64,000 nucleotides of DNA from Drouetiella sp. (GCA_036702955.1 DATNPY010000039.1:1642-65641); one strand, 5' to 3'; counted from the first letter of the stretch, positions 8,732 to 19,225 are shown. Made by a program: numbers and translations. Notes: generated from the sequence alone by a model not told the origin.

Positions 8732-10609
8732 TTACTTCACCGACGGGTCACTGAAGGTCGTCACCGCCTCCTGCTGCTCCTTCGAGTCGACGTAGCTGAG
8801 GGTAACGGCGTCGCCCTCTCGCACGAGCGCGAGCGAGTCGTAGACCTTGCTCGTGACGGTGAAGGTGTGGCTGTCGCCAGTGATGGTGATGTAGTAGGTC
8901 GAGGTACCGGCGACGATGTTCCAGCCGACGCGCTTCACGACGCCCGTGACAGGAGTGCTTCTGGTGCCCTGCTGCGCGACGTTGCCAGAGTTGCCGCCGC
9001 CACCCGCGATCCAGCCCTTGTAGGCGTTGAGCGCGTCCTGACGGTTGTTGGCGAACTGCACGTTAGCCGAGTCGAGGCTGTGCGCGTCGACGAAGCCCAC
9101 ACCGGCGAACGACTCCGTGCCGTTGTCTTGCGCGATGCCGTAGATGGCGACCCAGGTCGGACGACCCTCGATCTGATAGAGCTGCACGCTCTGCACGTCC
9201 ATCTTGTTGTTGGTGTTGGCCTGGATCTTCTGGAACGCCTGGTTGACGATGCTGCCCACGCCGATGCCGGAGAGCCCCGGATAGAAGGTGCCCCTGGCGT
9301 CCTGCGTGCTGTAAACGATGACACCGTTGGCACTGGTGTCCGAGTCGTTGTTCGACGTCATCGGCACGACCCACACCGGCTTGTCGGCGTTGTTGTAGAC
9401 GAGCTCGATGCCATCAGGCTTCTGCTGGTAAGAGTTGGAGAAGTTCGGCCAGCTGCTGCGCTTGTCGCTCCAGGCGCCCCAGTCAGTGAGGTAGCTCTCG
9501 ACGATGCTCCTGGACATGACGCGGTCGACCCAGACCGGCACCTTGTCGGGTGCGAAGCTCTGAATGGCGCCGGTCTGCGCGTCGACGAGCAGAACCTGCG
9601 ACACGACCTGACCCTGCGCAGCCCAGGCATACTTCCAGGCAGTGATCGTGTAGAACGGCTTCCAGCTGTCGTCGACCTCGAGCGTGGCCTCGTCCAGATG
9701 CACGCTGATGAAGCCGCTCATGTAGAGGTGCCGCTCCAGCTGACGCTCCCACGACGAGCCGGGCATCAGTTTGATGTTGTAATCCTGCTTCACGTCAGCG
9801 ACGCCGTTCGGGTCCTCGGCGTCGACGCGGATGTATCCGGGGCTGTCGGGTGCGGAATCCCAGAACTTCTTCCAGCCCGACTGGATCTGCAGCGGAGCGA
9901 TCCACCACAGGTGCCCGCCCACCGACTGCAGGGTGTAGTCCGAGATGTCGGTCTTCCAGATGCTGCCGAGGTTGCCGCCGGTGCTGCCGATCACCTGGTG
10001 ACCGCGGTACGCCGCCATAGCCTGGCTGACCATGACGATGTGGTTCGGGTCGGTGTCGGGGAGCTTGTCGTCCTTCGACGCGGTCGTGATGTGCGCGAGC
10101 CCGGCAAGGCGCTCCTTGTGCCCGGTTCCCCACGCGGTACACATCGTCCAGATCATGCAGGTGAGAGCCAGCACCACCACCGGTACCACAAACGAACCGG
10201 CTGAAGCCCAGACGGCAGTCGGAATGTCCTCAGATGAGCGCGAGGACCCGTAGGAGTTGTAACGCGACGACTGCTCGGGCTGCGGCTTCTCCTTGCCCCA
10301 GAAGTAAGAACTGACGCAGCCGACGATGGCGGCGATGAGCAGCGTGAAGAAAATGATCCAGAATGTGCCGCCGAGGAAGCCGTTGAACGTGGGCTTGACG
10401 AAGTAGAACCACAGCTTCAACCCGTACAGCACGGCGAAGCCGCCCACGAGTGCGGTGATGACGGTGTTCTTGACTTTCCTGCCGGACCAGAAGAAGGCGC
10501 CGACAGCGAGGATGACGGCGGTGGGAGCAGCCCACCAGGCAGCCAGTTGCGTTGTCTCCGATGTGAAATTGAGCAGCCAGTGGAGTAGCGCTGCGAACAT
10601 GTGTGTCAC
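8732..10609 (-). CDS. multi-pass membrane-anchored protein with large extracytoplasmic domain, compositionally foreign (high GC)
   Basis: 625-aa ORF. The N-terminal ~170 aa hold about 4-5 hydrophobic helices. No family recognised. A 60-nt line at 9001 counts 38/60 GC, against 25/60 in the neighbouring TPR gene. A 540-aa antisense shadow ORF is typical of high-GC coding DNA. Confidence 0.65.
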   Translation of the reverse strand: MTHMFAALLHWLLNFTSETTQLAAWWAAPTAVILAVGAFFWSGRKVKNTVITALVGGFAVLYGLKLWFYFVKPTFNGFLGGTFWIIFFTLLIAAIVGCVSSYFWGKEKPQPEQSSRYNSYGSSRSSEDIPTAVWASAGSFVVPVVVLALTCMIWTMCTAWGTGHKERLAGLAHITTASKDDKLPDTDPNHIVMVSQAMAAYRGHQVIGSTGGNLGSIWKTDISDYTLQSVGGHLWWIAPLQIQSGWKKFWDSAPDSPGYIRVDAEDPNGVADVKQDYNIKLMPGSSWERQLERHLYMSGFISVHLDEATLEVDDSWKPFYTITAWKYAWAAQGQVVSQVLLVDAQTGAIQSFAPDKVPVWVDRVMSRSIVESYLTDWGAWSDKRSSWPNFSNSYQQKPDGIELVYNNADKPVWVVPMTSNNDSDTSANGVIVYSTQDARGTFYPGLSGIGVGSIVNQAFQKIQANTNNKMDVQSVQLYQIEGRPTWVAIYGIAQDNGTESFAGVGFVDAHSLDSANVQFANNRQDALNAYKGWIAGGGGNSGNVAQQGTRSTPVTGVVKRVGWNIVAGTSTYYITITGDSHTFTVTSKVYDSLALVREGDAVTLSYVDSKEQQEAVTTFSDPSVK

Positions 10610-10693
10610 TTCTTTCTGTCATCGTTTGGACACGGATGTTGCCGATGTGCGGTTGCATTGCGCGTTTTGCTTCGCCGGGCTTATCAAACAAGC

Positions 10694-11431
10694 CTAGCTA
10701 ATCTTGACCTGATGGTACTCTTCCAGAAGAACCTGCCCTCGCCTGCCCCATCTTTCTGCCGCACGTTCTGCTCGCGCTCGAGATTTGGCGATGGCCGCAG
10801 CACAGCCATCGTCACCCCATTGACTGACGTGAGCGCTCATCGCAGCTTCGACTTGAGACCAGTAGTTTTGCACCTCCACAAAGCAGTTGCCATCGTTTGG
10901 CTCCTGAAGTTCGTCACCGAACCACAACACCTCCTCTACCTTGTGACCAGCGAGCGGCTTGCGCCAGAAAAGCCACCAGGGGAGCACCTCTTGCGACCTC
11001 GCGAGGGGATACACAGACTCCCACACAGACCGCGCACCGTAGATGTGATCGGGGTGCTCGGCGCCCCATGATGTCGTCTTGATGTTGGAAGGGCTGAACG
11101 TCACAACTACCGATGGCCGCAGGCGCCTGATCACATTTGCCACGAGGCGATCCAACTTACCGTTGCTGTACTCGGTCTTCAGCCCTCCATCTTTGCGTTG
11201 AAGAAACACTACTTTCTTGACGCCCACGGCCAGGGCCGACTTGATCTGCTCACGCTCGCGCTCGCGTACTTTGCCTGCGGCATCGCCGCTCGTAACCACG
11301 ACATAGATGACCTGAGCTTCATGCTCTATCAACCAGGCTGCGAGCCCAGCGGCATGAAAATCGATGTCGTCGGGATGAAAACCGAACATCACCACGAGCC
11401 TGTTCTTGTAGGCTCCTGCATTAAGTTCCAT
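10694..11431 (-). CDS. PIG-L/LmbE-family N-acetylglucosaminyl deacetylase-like protein
   Basis: HPDDIDFHAAG near the N-terminus and a later HPDH motif match the PIG-L family signature. Same strand as 8732..10609 and 84 nt upstream of it. Confidence 0.7.
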   Translation of the reverse strand: MELNAGAYKNRLVVMFGFHPDDIDFHAAGLAAWLIEHEAQVIYVVVTSGDAAGKVREREREQIKSALAVGVKKVVFLQRKDGGLKTEYSNGKLDRLVANVIRRLRPSVVVTFSPSNIKTTSWGAEHPDHIYGARSVWESVYPLARSQEVLPWWLFWRKPLAGHKVEEVLWFGDELQEPNDGNCFVEVQNYWSQVEAAMSAHVSQWGDDGCAAAIAKSRARAERAAERWGRRGQVLLEEYHQVKIS

Positions 11432-11861
11432 TGAAGATTCCTTTTCACGAATCTTGTGAGAACGATGGAATAAAGAAAATCTCTTCGCGCACCTATCGCA
11501 GCTTGCGCGCTCTCCTGAGCACCACTTCGTCGCGAACAGCCATCCCCGACACAGCGGCTTCAGCTGTGAAAGTGCAGTCCTTCATAGGATTTGGGCAGTT
11601 TGGAGGCGGGCTCGAGGTCGTTCAAGAAAAACAATACGTGCATTCATGGTTGCGAGGCAAAGGCGTTCAGATCAAGTTAGCCTGGCTCGTGTGTATTTTA
11701 TTTGCAGACATTCGGGCAACGCAGCTTACGCGAACTTCTCACTGGATTGGCGACCGGCCGTAATTGGACATTTATCGGCAGACCAGGGTGATGTCAGTCC
11801 TGGTGCTATTCGACTGATTGTTGCTGGATTTTCTGGTCCACTGAAAGCTAGAACCTTTCAG

Positions 11862-14231
11862 CTAAGCCGCAGGGGGACGCAAAAAGACTACGCCGGCCCG
11901 GTAGGCGTGAGTATTCCAGGCCGAGAGTGGATCGTGCGACCAGACTTTTGAGCTGGAGTGATTATCCCAGGTGCCGTCGGTTCCAACTATTCCGGTATGA
12001 GCATAACCGCCCGCTCCGCTTCCTTTGGGGCGACGGTAACCACAGACAACGTCGCCTGCGTGTGGCGTCGTTGAAACCGTCCAACCATGCGCCACCAGCT
12101 GGTCCTGAAGTGCTGAGACGCTGATCGAGTTTGCATAGCTAAATCCAGCTTCGTTCAAAACCGCGGAAACCGAAGCTGCACAGCCCAATCGTCCGCCATT
12201 CAAGTATTTCTGCCACATGGCGTGTCCCACGTTGCGGTCAGCTGCTGCCATGATCTTGCCTTGCGCATCGCTGACTGTGATATCTCCGAGGCTATGCATG
12301 CGGCTTTCCGCCAACTTGAACATGTTTGCACCGGCTTGTCTGTAGTCTGTATATCGCGAATTGTCGAAATCCGCCGCAGTGGGCGTGCGACCAAGCACGA
12401 ATGCCAGTGAGATTTTGCCCGCATCGTCGTCACTCAGCCTGTCAGGGTTTGCCCCGAGCAATTTGGCCTCGTGCTTGATTCCAGCTTCGGATACAAGTTC
12501 CTGCATCTCTCTGGGAAGAACTTTGTTTAACTGATCCTGGGTAAGCGGCTGTCCACCACCATTCATGTCGCTCAAAAATTTGAGCAAATCATTTTGAACC
12601 TGCGGATTTTCCAGAGACTTAGCGTAGTGGTCTAAAGCCTTAACTGAGTCACGTACAGGATCGTTTGGAGCGAGATGTGCTCTGTCAGCATCATGATTTA
12701 CCTTCGCAGCATAGCTTTCAATCGCTTTCTCCAGTGCTTGTGGATGCTCGCGCATGTAGGCTTGCAATTTCGAAAGGTCTGGCGGATTGCCGAGGTCGAC
12801 GCCCATCAAGTCCGCCAGTCCAAGCATGGTAAAACCCTGATTCAAGCCATATCTACCCACGCGATAGCTATGGTCTGTGTTCTCTCTAACTGTCTGGTAA
12901 GGGTGCGCCCGGTCTGGATTGAACAGCGCCGCCGCAGCATCTTTGGCGGCTGCAACTGAATTCGCTTCTTTGGGATTTTGTGGCACTGAACGAGAGGGGA
13001 TCATCTGATCTACGCCAGCAGGGCTTGCATCTCCAGCGTGCCTGCCTGGTGCTGATTCGCGAGGAATGGTCGCGTGTCCGTGACTGCCGCGAACGCGATT
13101 CATCAGATCTGAAGTGTGCTTTACGTCAACTGGCATTGCTGGTGGTGCCGCTTTGCTCACCTCGGGAGCCAGTTTCTCAGCGAATTTTTGCTCTACTTTG
13201 TCGCTCACCAGATTTTGGGGATCAGCGATTTCCACCTGCTTCAGGTTGCCTGTGCGGGTTGGAACATCTTTCAAAGCGTGGCTGAATTTATCCACGATGC
13301 GAGCGCCCTGATATTCGACGAGATCGTCAACCGCCTTTTGTTGCACTTTGTCTGGGGCACTTGTTTGTTTGGCATCACGGGCAACCTGGATAACTACATT
13401 TGCATCGTGAGGAGGACCTTCCGGATTGTGGACGACAGTTACAGAGCCATCTTTTTTGACGATAAAATTGGGCTTTGCTGCGTGCGCGTCAGCGTTCTTG
13501 TTCTCGAACACAACGGTAATCTTCGGTGCTTTCCCCGCTTCAACAGGTTTGTGGTCGGCTGCGGCATGTTTGTCTGACGCCTGCTTGAAATTTCCTTCTC
13601 TGATGTTCTGTTCGACCGACTTCCTGGCGTCAAATTGTGGCTTTTCAGCTTGAACTTGCGATGATTGATGCGCCGCGACACTGTCTCCGGTAGTGCGTCT
13701 TTCACCGTCTATGCTTTTGAGGTGAAGCGAAGGGCTGTTGAAATCAATGATGTGTGAAGGAACCGGATGATGCTTGTCAGTGAAGAGTGGGGTGAAAATT
13801 AGTGCGTCATGAGATTTTGTCAAATGATCTGATTGCGAATCGTTGCGATGTTCGGGTTGATGCGCTCGTTCCGAAAGTCTGGCATTTTGCGATAACTGAC
13901 CTGGTTTCGTCAGGTGTCGAACTTCATCGAGCATGTGATGATGAGGTTCGTTCCGATGTGCGTTTCCATGTAGGCTGCCATTGTCGCTGCCGTGAATTCC
14001 ACTGTGCTCTCCGCCGTGGTCGGTGCCGTGCACTCCACCGTGCTCGCTGCCGTGGTCGCTGCCGTGGTCGCTGGAGTGCACCCCGCCATGTCCGCTGCCG
14101 AAGTCGCGAACGTGGTTGTGCAAATGCGTGCCATGTTTGGTCAAATCATGTACGTGGTGTTCCGGCTTGTGGACCATTTTGTTCACGCTAGTCAGGGGCA
14201 GCAAATTGAATCTACCGCCAGAACATTGCAA
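11862..14231 (-). CDS. large His/Gly-rich protein with C-terminal CHAP/NlpC-P60-like cysteine peptidase domain
   Basis: N-terminal HG(S/G)(D/E)HGG repeats at about 13960-14110. C-terminal segment GRLGCAASVSAVLNEAGF...GGYAHTGIVGTDG fits a Cys...His amidase. ATG 14177 is an alternative start. Confidence 0.55.
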   Translation of the reverse strand: MQCSGGRFNLLPLTSVNKMVHKPEHHVHDLTKHGTHLHNHVRDFGSGHGGVHSSDHGSDHGSEHGGVHGTDHGGEHSGIHGSDNGSLHGNAHRNEPHHHMLDEVRHLTKPGQLSQNARLSERAHQPEHRNDSQSDHLTKSHDALIFTPLFTDKHHPVPSHIIDFNSPSLHLKSIDGERRTTGDSVAAHQSSQVQAEKPQFDARKSVEQNIREGNFKQASDKHAAADHKPVEAGKAPKITVVFENKNADAHAAKPNFIVKKDGSVTVVHNPEGPPHDANVVIQVARDAKQTSAPDKVQQKAVDDLVEYQGARIVDKFSHALKDVPTRTGNLKQVEIADPQNLVSDKVEQKFAEKLAPEVSKAAPPAMPVDVKHTSDLMNRVRGSHGHATIPRESAPGRHAGDASPAGVDQMIPSRSVPQNPKEANSVAAAKDAAAALFNPDRAHPYQTVRENTDHSYRVGRYGLNQGFTMLGLADLMGVDLGNPPDLSKLQAYMREHPQALEKAIESYAAKVNHDADRAHLAPNDPVRDSVKALDHYAKSLENPQVQNDLLKFLSDMNGGGQPLTQDQLNKVLPREMQELVSEAGIKHEAKLLGANPDRLSDDDAGKISLAFVLGRTPTAADFDNSRYTDYRQAGANMFKLAESRMHSLGDITVSDAQGKIMAAADRNVGHAMWQKYLNGGRLGCAASVSAVLNEAGFSYANSISVSALQDQLVAHGWTVSTTPHAGDVVCGYRRPKGSGAGGYAHTGIVGTDGTWDNHSSSKVWSHDPLSAWNTHAYRAGVVFLRPPAA

Positions 14232-14359
14232 ACTTCTTGCATAGTCATTTTTTGTGAGACTAAATTTGATTCTGGAAAAAATTGATCATTTTCTTCACGG
14301 CAGAGTTATCAATTTGCGACAATGTGCATTCCCTCTCCTGATCGACCAAAGGCGCCAAC

Positions 14360-16159
14360 GTGAAACTGACCATCTTGCAGAAAGGCTTGTTAATCGTTCT
14401 GCTGTCTGTCGTCCTTCAGATAATCTGCGTTGCCGCTCAATTTCTTTTGCAAAACGAAGTTGAGCGAGAACTGGCTCGTTATCAGCATTCCACCAAAATT
14501 GTTCATCTGGTGGAAGAAACGATTCGCGATCTGTACTTTACCGGAAACGCTGTGAAGATGGGACGCGAATTCCAAATCTCAGAAGCCTCGCGCGCTATCG
14601 ACAAGATGTATCCGACAACCAAACGAAGATTGGCAGAGTTGCGCAAGCTGATTGGAGATAACAAAGAAGAGCAGCAACTAGTGAACAACGTCGAGGGGCC
14701 GCTGCTCGGAATGGGTGATGACATCTATCGCGCCAAAAATCTCCTGCGAGAGGGAGAGTTCGAAGAAGCGAAGACATATCTCGTTAAGAGCAGTGTCGAT
14801 GCGAAGACTATTATTCCTCGCGTCGCGGATAACCTCTTCATCCTTCTCAACCGCGAAAAGCAGATTGAGGAGCAGAGCCCCGGAATTCAGGAAGATTTCC
14901 GCAAAAAGATTCAAATGGCTCTTGTATTGACTTTGATTTTAAATGTCGGATTGGCAATTGGGCTGACTGCTGTTTTTAATAGAGGGTTGGCGTCTCGGCT
15001 GCAGGTTCTTTCCGACAACGTTTTGAGATTGGCTTCCAATCAGCCTTTACGTGAGCCGCTCAAAGGTAATGACGAACTGGCTGCTCTTGATGAAGCATTC
15101 CGCAAAATGACAGCAGCTCTTGCTGAAGCCCGTGAAAACGAACAGGCGGTGGTTGAAAACGCCAGAGAAGTAATCTGTTCGCTCGGAGCCGATGTTCGCT
15201 TCTCGTCTGTCAATCAGGCTGTTGAAACTTTGATAGGTTATGACGCTGCGCATTTGATAGGTACTCGTTTCGTTTCTATCATCGCGCCTGCTGACATTGA
15301 GCAAACGCTGGATTATTTTGCTGAAGCTAAAAACAGCGAATTAGAGAAGCCGCTGGAAAATCGTCTTGTTTGCAAAGATGGCTCATACCGCAATTTTGAA
15401 TGGTCCGTACGCTGGTCGGATGAAAAACAGTCTTACTTCTGCGTTGCTCACGATGTGACCGAAGCGAAGAGAATCGAAAGGATGAAACAAGAATTCGTCG
15501 CTATGATCAGTCACGATCTTCGCTCTCCATTGGCTTCGATACAGGCTTTTCATGAGTGTCTGGATCGTGGCGTTTATGGAGCTTTGAGTCAGGACGGTGC
15601 GCAGAGTTTGCATAGCGTTGATGCCAGCATTACGCGGTTACTGAATTTAATTGGCGATTTACTAGACGTTGAAAAGCTCGAAGCCGGCGTTATGAGCTTG
15701 AATATCTCTCCAATTGAATTGTCGACAGTTTTCGAGCAGTCACTCTTTTCCGTCGATGAGCTGGCGCATAGAAAGAAAATTGAAATCAAGTCGGATTGTC
15801 CTGACCTTTCCATAAATGCTGATGGTTCCAGGCTCATACAGGTGCTTGTTAATCTTCTTTCCAACGCGATTAAATTCTCATCTCCCGGCACCACCATTGA
15901 GGTGAGCGCAAAAGCTGATAAAGAGCAGGTTTTGCTTGAGGTCACTGACCACGGGCGCGGTATTCCCGCCGACAAAATCGAGACTGTATTTGACCGCTTC
16001 ACTCAAGTTGAAGAGGGCGACTCCAAAAATCGACAGGGAAGTGGCTTGGGACTGGCGATCTGCAAAGCCATCGTCACGCAGCACCACGGCAACATTGGTG
16101 TTCGCAGCCAGGTGGGCAAGGGCAGTACCTTCTGGGTTTCCTTGCCGTCTGATGTTTAG
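14360..16159 (+). CDS. sensor histidine kinase (TM-HAMP-PAS-HisKA-HATPase)
   Basis: H-box ISHDLRSPLASI and G-box GSGLGLAICKAIV. Two hydrophobic segments flank a periplasmic-type region. PAS-like segment around VICSLGADVRFSSVNQAVETLIGY. Confidence 0.85.
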   Translation: MKLTILQKGLLIVLLSVVLQIICVAAQFLLQNEVERELARYQHSTKIVHLVEETIRDLYFTGNAVKMGREFQISEASRAIDKMYPTTKRRLAELRKLIGDNKEEQQLVNNVEGPLLGMGDDIYRAKNLLREGEFEEAKTYLVKSSVDAKTIIPRVADNLFILLNREKQIEEQSPGIQEDFRKKIQMALVLTLILNVGLAIGLTAVFNRGLASRLQVLSDNVLRLASNQPLREPLKGNDELAALDEAFRKMTAALAEARENEQAVVENAREVICSLGADVRFSSVNQAVETLIGYDAAHLIGTRFVSIIAPADIEQTLDYFAEAKNSELEKPLENRLVCKDGSYRNFEWSVRWSDEKQSYFCVAHDVTEAKRIERMKQEFVAMISHDLRSPLASIQAFHECLDRGVYGALSQDGAQSLHSVDASITRLLNLIGDLLDVEKLEAGVMSLNISPIELSTVFEQSLFSVDELAHRKKIEIKSDCPDLSINADGSRLIQVLVNLLSNAIKFSSPGTTIEVSAKADKEQVLLEVTDHGRGIPADKIETVFDRFTQVEEGDSKNRQGSGLGLAICKAIVTQHHGNIGVRSQVGKGSTFWVSLPSDV

Positions 16160-16256
16160 ATTGGAGTTTGGTGCCGCCTGCGGAAGCAATCAAAATGCCG
16201 TTGCTGTAAATTTGATCAACGACTCGTTAACCAGCAAATTCTCCGATCAACAAACG

Positions 16257-16913
16257 TTAGGTGAATACCAGAGCTGCTCCCGTTTCTATCGCATGCACAG
16301 AAGCATTGTATAGATTGAGCAGCGAGTACGACTCTATTCCATACCTCAAATATTTTTTCGAGTTGTCCTGCCCCTGATCCTCCGTGGCTTCCAGAAGTTC
16401 ATCGCTTTCTGGGTCGGTATCCAGCGGCAATTCCAGTTCTTTTGCAATGCGCTCGCACTCTTTCTTTAACTGCGGGCACGAACCGATCATGCCGCCGGGA
16501 ATTTCCATCGATTCCGGTGGAAACAGTACGGAGTCAAAGTCTTGCGGTAAGTAAAAGCCTTCTGCATCGCTGTGCAAGATGAGATGATCGAACGCACGCG
16601 GTGGTGAATCTGGATCGAACATATCGAAGTATTCTTCCAATTCTTTGTCATCAGGCGCACTTTCGTCGCCTGGTTCTGGCAATTTCTTGTACAGATCTAA
16701 GTGCGCAGCCAGTCGTCGCAAGTAGTGTAATCCGGAATAGCCAAACATATCGCACGAGAAAACCTTGCAATCTCGGGGCTCCACATGCGCTTTCAAATTC
16801 TTGGAAGCAAGAAATTCGTTGACGCTCTGGAGATTGTTTTGAAGCCATGCAGCTCCTTCCTCATCGTTTTTCAGCAGATCTGCCAACATGCCAACGCAGA
16901 GCGAAAGTCCCAT
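16257..16913 (-). CDS. hypothetical acidic cytoplasmic protein
   Basis: 218-aa ORF with no signal peptide and an acidic C-terminal half. No family confidently recognised. Confidence 0.45.
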   Translation of the reverse strand: MGLSLCVGMLADLLKNDEEGAAWLQNNLQSVNEFLASKNLKAHVEPRDCKVFSCDMFGYSGLHYLRRLAAHLDLYKKLPEPGDESAPDDKELEEYFDMFDPDSPPRAFDHLILHSDAEGFYLPQDFDSVLFPPESMEIPGGMIGSCPQLKKECERIAKELELPLDTDPESDELLEATEDQGQDNSKKYLRYGIESYSLLNLYNASVHAIETGAALVFT

Positions 16914-17080
16914 CTTTTTTCCTTATGGTTGCTCGAAACGCTCAATAGTATAAACTGCTCAACTCAGGTAATTTTTTCGGTTTTAACGTCAAAAAGAATC
17001 TTTCAATCGAGCCGAAGTTCGGCAACCAATTTCGGGCTACTGCCGTCTCCTCACCCGGCACATCACAATGAGGTGGGTAG

Positions 17081-18199
17081 GTGAAGCATCTGTGGTTCAG
17101 TCGCGCCGTTATGGTCGCGGGGGTTTTAACGATACAGACCAGTCAGGTCTATGCAGCAGACGCTAACCTCGCTGTACCCGACAGTAAAGTTATACCGAAT
17201 GGTAAAGCGATAAAGCAGTCAAAGGAAGCGACTGAACAAGGCTCATCAACGACACCAGGTACCCAGGATTCTGCTAACGGCGTTCCTGTCAATCCTATCA
17301 ATCACAAAAGCGGATTCGCTCTCACGCTTGCTGGCGGAGGTGCTAGAGGAGCCGCGCATATAGGTGTGCTGAAGGTGCTCGAAGAAGAAGGCCTCAGACC
17401 AGATTTCGTTGCAGGCAACAGCATCGGTGCCATGATAGGTGGACTTTATGCTGCGGGTGTACCTGTCAAAGAGATTGAGCGTCTCGCACTTTCCGGCGAA
17501 ATGAAAAAGGCCTACTTCCCCAGTAATCGAAAAGTGCAGGCTGTGACTTATTTTGGACCATACTTCATGGCAAGAGCTGTTTTGATTCATCCGCAAATTG
17601 GACTTTACAGTGGACGTTCTCTCGCTAAATTCGTCAACAAGCACCTTCCCGAAGGTGTTACGAACATTGAGCAAATGCCGATCCCGTTTTCGTGCGCAGC
17701 AGTTGATCTGACCACGACCAAAGCTGTCTGGCTCAGCAAAGGGAGCATCGCTGACGCAATACGAGCCAGCAATTCTGCTCCCGGTTTCTTCAGACCAGTC
17801 AAGGTAGGTGAGCAAGTGCTGGTCGACGGCGGCGTTCGTGCCAATCTGCCGACAGAGATTGCTGAGGCTAAAGGGGCACCAGCGGTAGTGGCAGTGCGAT
17901 TGCAGGCTTATCTAGAGAAGGTTGACCAGAAAGAATTCGACACGACAATGAATTACGGCGATCGCATCACAAGCATCCTGCTTGCCGAAATTGAGAACAA
18001 AGCCGTAGACAAGGCTGATGTACTGATAGAGCCAAAGGTGGCCTACATGCGGATGACTTCGTTCAACCCCGACGAAATGGCGGCGGCTATCAAATCCGGC
18101 GAGATTGCAGCGCGGAAGGCGCTACCGAAGATTCGCGCAATACAGGCCGAACACGCCATCAAAGCTGACGCACCTGTGGTGGAACTGGTTAGCCGCTAA
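17081..18199 (+). CDS. secreted patatin-like phospholipase
   Basis: Oxyanion GGGARGAAHIG, nucleophile elbow GNSIG and catalytic DGG (LVDGGVRANLP). N-terminal signal peptide. Confidence 0.85.
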   Translation: MKHLWFSRAVMVAGVLTIQTSQVYAADANLAVPDSKVIPNGKAIKQSKEATEQGSSTTPGTQDSANGVPVNPINHKSGFALTLAGGGARGAAHIGVLKVLEEEGLRPDFVAGNSIGAMIGGLYAAGVPVKEIERLALSGEMKKAYFPSNRKVQAVTYFGPYFMARAVLIHPQIGLYSGRSLAKFVNKHLPEGVTNIEQMPIPFSCAAVDLTTTKAVWLSKGSIADAIRASNSAPGFFRPVKVGEQVLVDGGVRANLPTEIAEAKGAPAVVAVRLQAYLEKVDQKEFDTTMNYGDRITSILLAEIENKAVDKADVLIEPKVAYMRMTSFNPDEMAAAIKSGEIAARKALPKIRAIQAEHAIKADAPVVELVSR

Positions 18200-18215
18200 T
18201 CAGCGGCTATCGACG

Positions 18216-19136
18216 TTACTGACCGTTTACGTCAGCTACCAGGGCTTTGCGCAGTGAGCCATCACACTTTATGATCAGTTGCTCAGCCTGAGCGCGACCA
18301 AGTTTGCGTTTGACCATCAAAATGGCTGTCTTAGCGCGGTCGTGTGATGCAACCAACGCACCTTCGGCGAGGTGCCGCGGCACACCACCGAGGATGGAGA
18401 TGATTGAAACGGCGCGCTCTCTCAATTTTTCATTGGTTGGCCGCAAGTCAATCATCAGATTTTCGTAGACTTTTCCGAGACGCACCATCGTGCAAGTCGT
18501 AATCAGGTTGAGGACCATCTTCTGCGCAGTGCCGGCCTTCATGCGGGTTGAGCCGGTCAGCGCTTCTGCACCAACAACCGCCGCGATCAGCACATCGCAA
18601 TCGCGAGCCAGCGCACAATCAAAGTTGTTGACGATGCCTACCGTAGCTGCGCCTAGTTCTTTAGCCTTTTGCAGCGCACCAATGACATAAGGTGTTCTGC
18701 CGCTAGCCGTAATTCCGATCACGACATCGCGAGCGGAAATCTGCGCGCTTACTACGTCTTGAATTCCCATTTCTTTCGAGTCTTCGGCGTCTTCGAAAGA
18801 GCGGAACATCGCATCTTTACCACCGGCGATGTATGCCTGCACAACCGAAGTCTCGACACCGAAGGTCGGAGGACACTCGGTCGCGTCGAGCACACCCAGC
18901 CGCCCGCTTGTACCGGCTCCGAAGTAAATCAATCTGCCGCCATCTTTCAATTTGTTTGTGATGATATCGACAGCCTTTGCGATTTCCGGCACGCATTTCT
19001 GCACACCTTTAGCGATTTCGAAATCTTCAGTTTGAATTCGCTCGACGAGTTCAACGGTATCGAGGACGTCGAGGTCCATCGTTTTTTCATTCCGTTCCTC
19101 AGTCACCATCTTGTTGAATTCTTGTGTAAAGCCCAT
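18216..19136 (-). CDS. murQ: N-acetylmuramic acid 6-phosphate etherase
   Basis: SIS-domain protein with GAGTSGRLGVLDATECPPTFG and the length (~300 aa) typical of MurQ. Confidence 0.85.
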   Translation of the reverse strand: MGFTQEFNKMVTEERNEKTMDLDVLDTVELVERIQTEDFEIAKGVQKCVPEIAKAVDIITNKLKDGGRLIYFGAGTSGRLGVLDATECPPTFGVETSVVQAYIAGGKDAMFRSFEDAEDSKEMGIQDVVSAQISARDVVIGITASGRTPYVIGALQKAKELGAATVGIVNNFDCALARDCDVLIAAVVGAEALTGSTRMKAGTAQKMVLNLITTCTMVRLGKVYENLMIDLRPTNEKLRERAVSIISILGGVPRHLAEGALVASHDRAKTAILMVKRKLGRAQAEQLIIKCDGSLRKALVADVNGQ

Positions 19137-19225
19137 TTCGGTGCCCCCTTGATCCCTTATTGTCGCCTAAACCTTAATACCCACTGTGTGATCTTATTGC
19201 GCATTGTGTGAACAAGTTGCAAACT

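Noticed and set aside
8582-10204. 540-aa + strand ORF, the third longest in the left half
   Set aside because: It lies entirely antisense to the 625-aa minus-strand gene. Its translation is Arg/Val/Asp/Leu-rich low complexity with no motifs. Long stop-free antisense frames are expected in DNA of this GC content.
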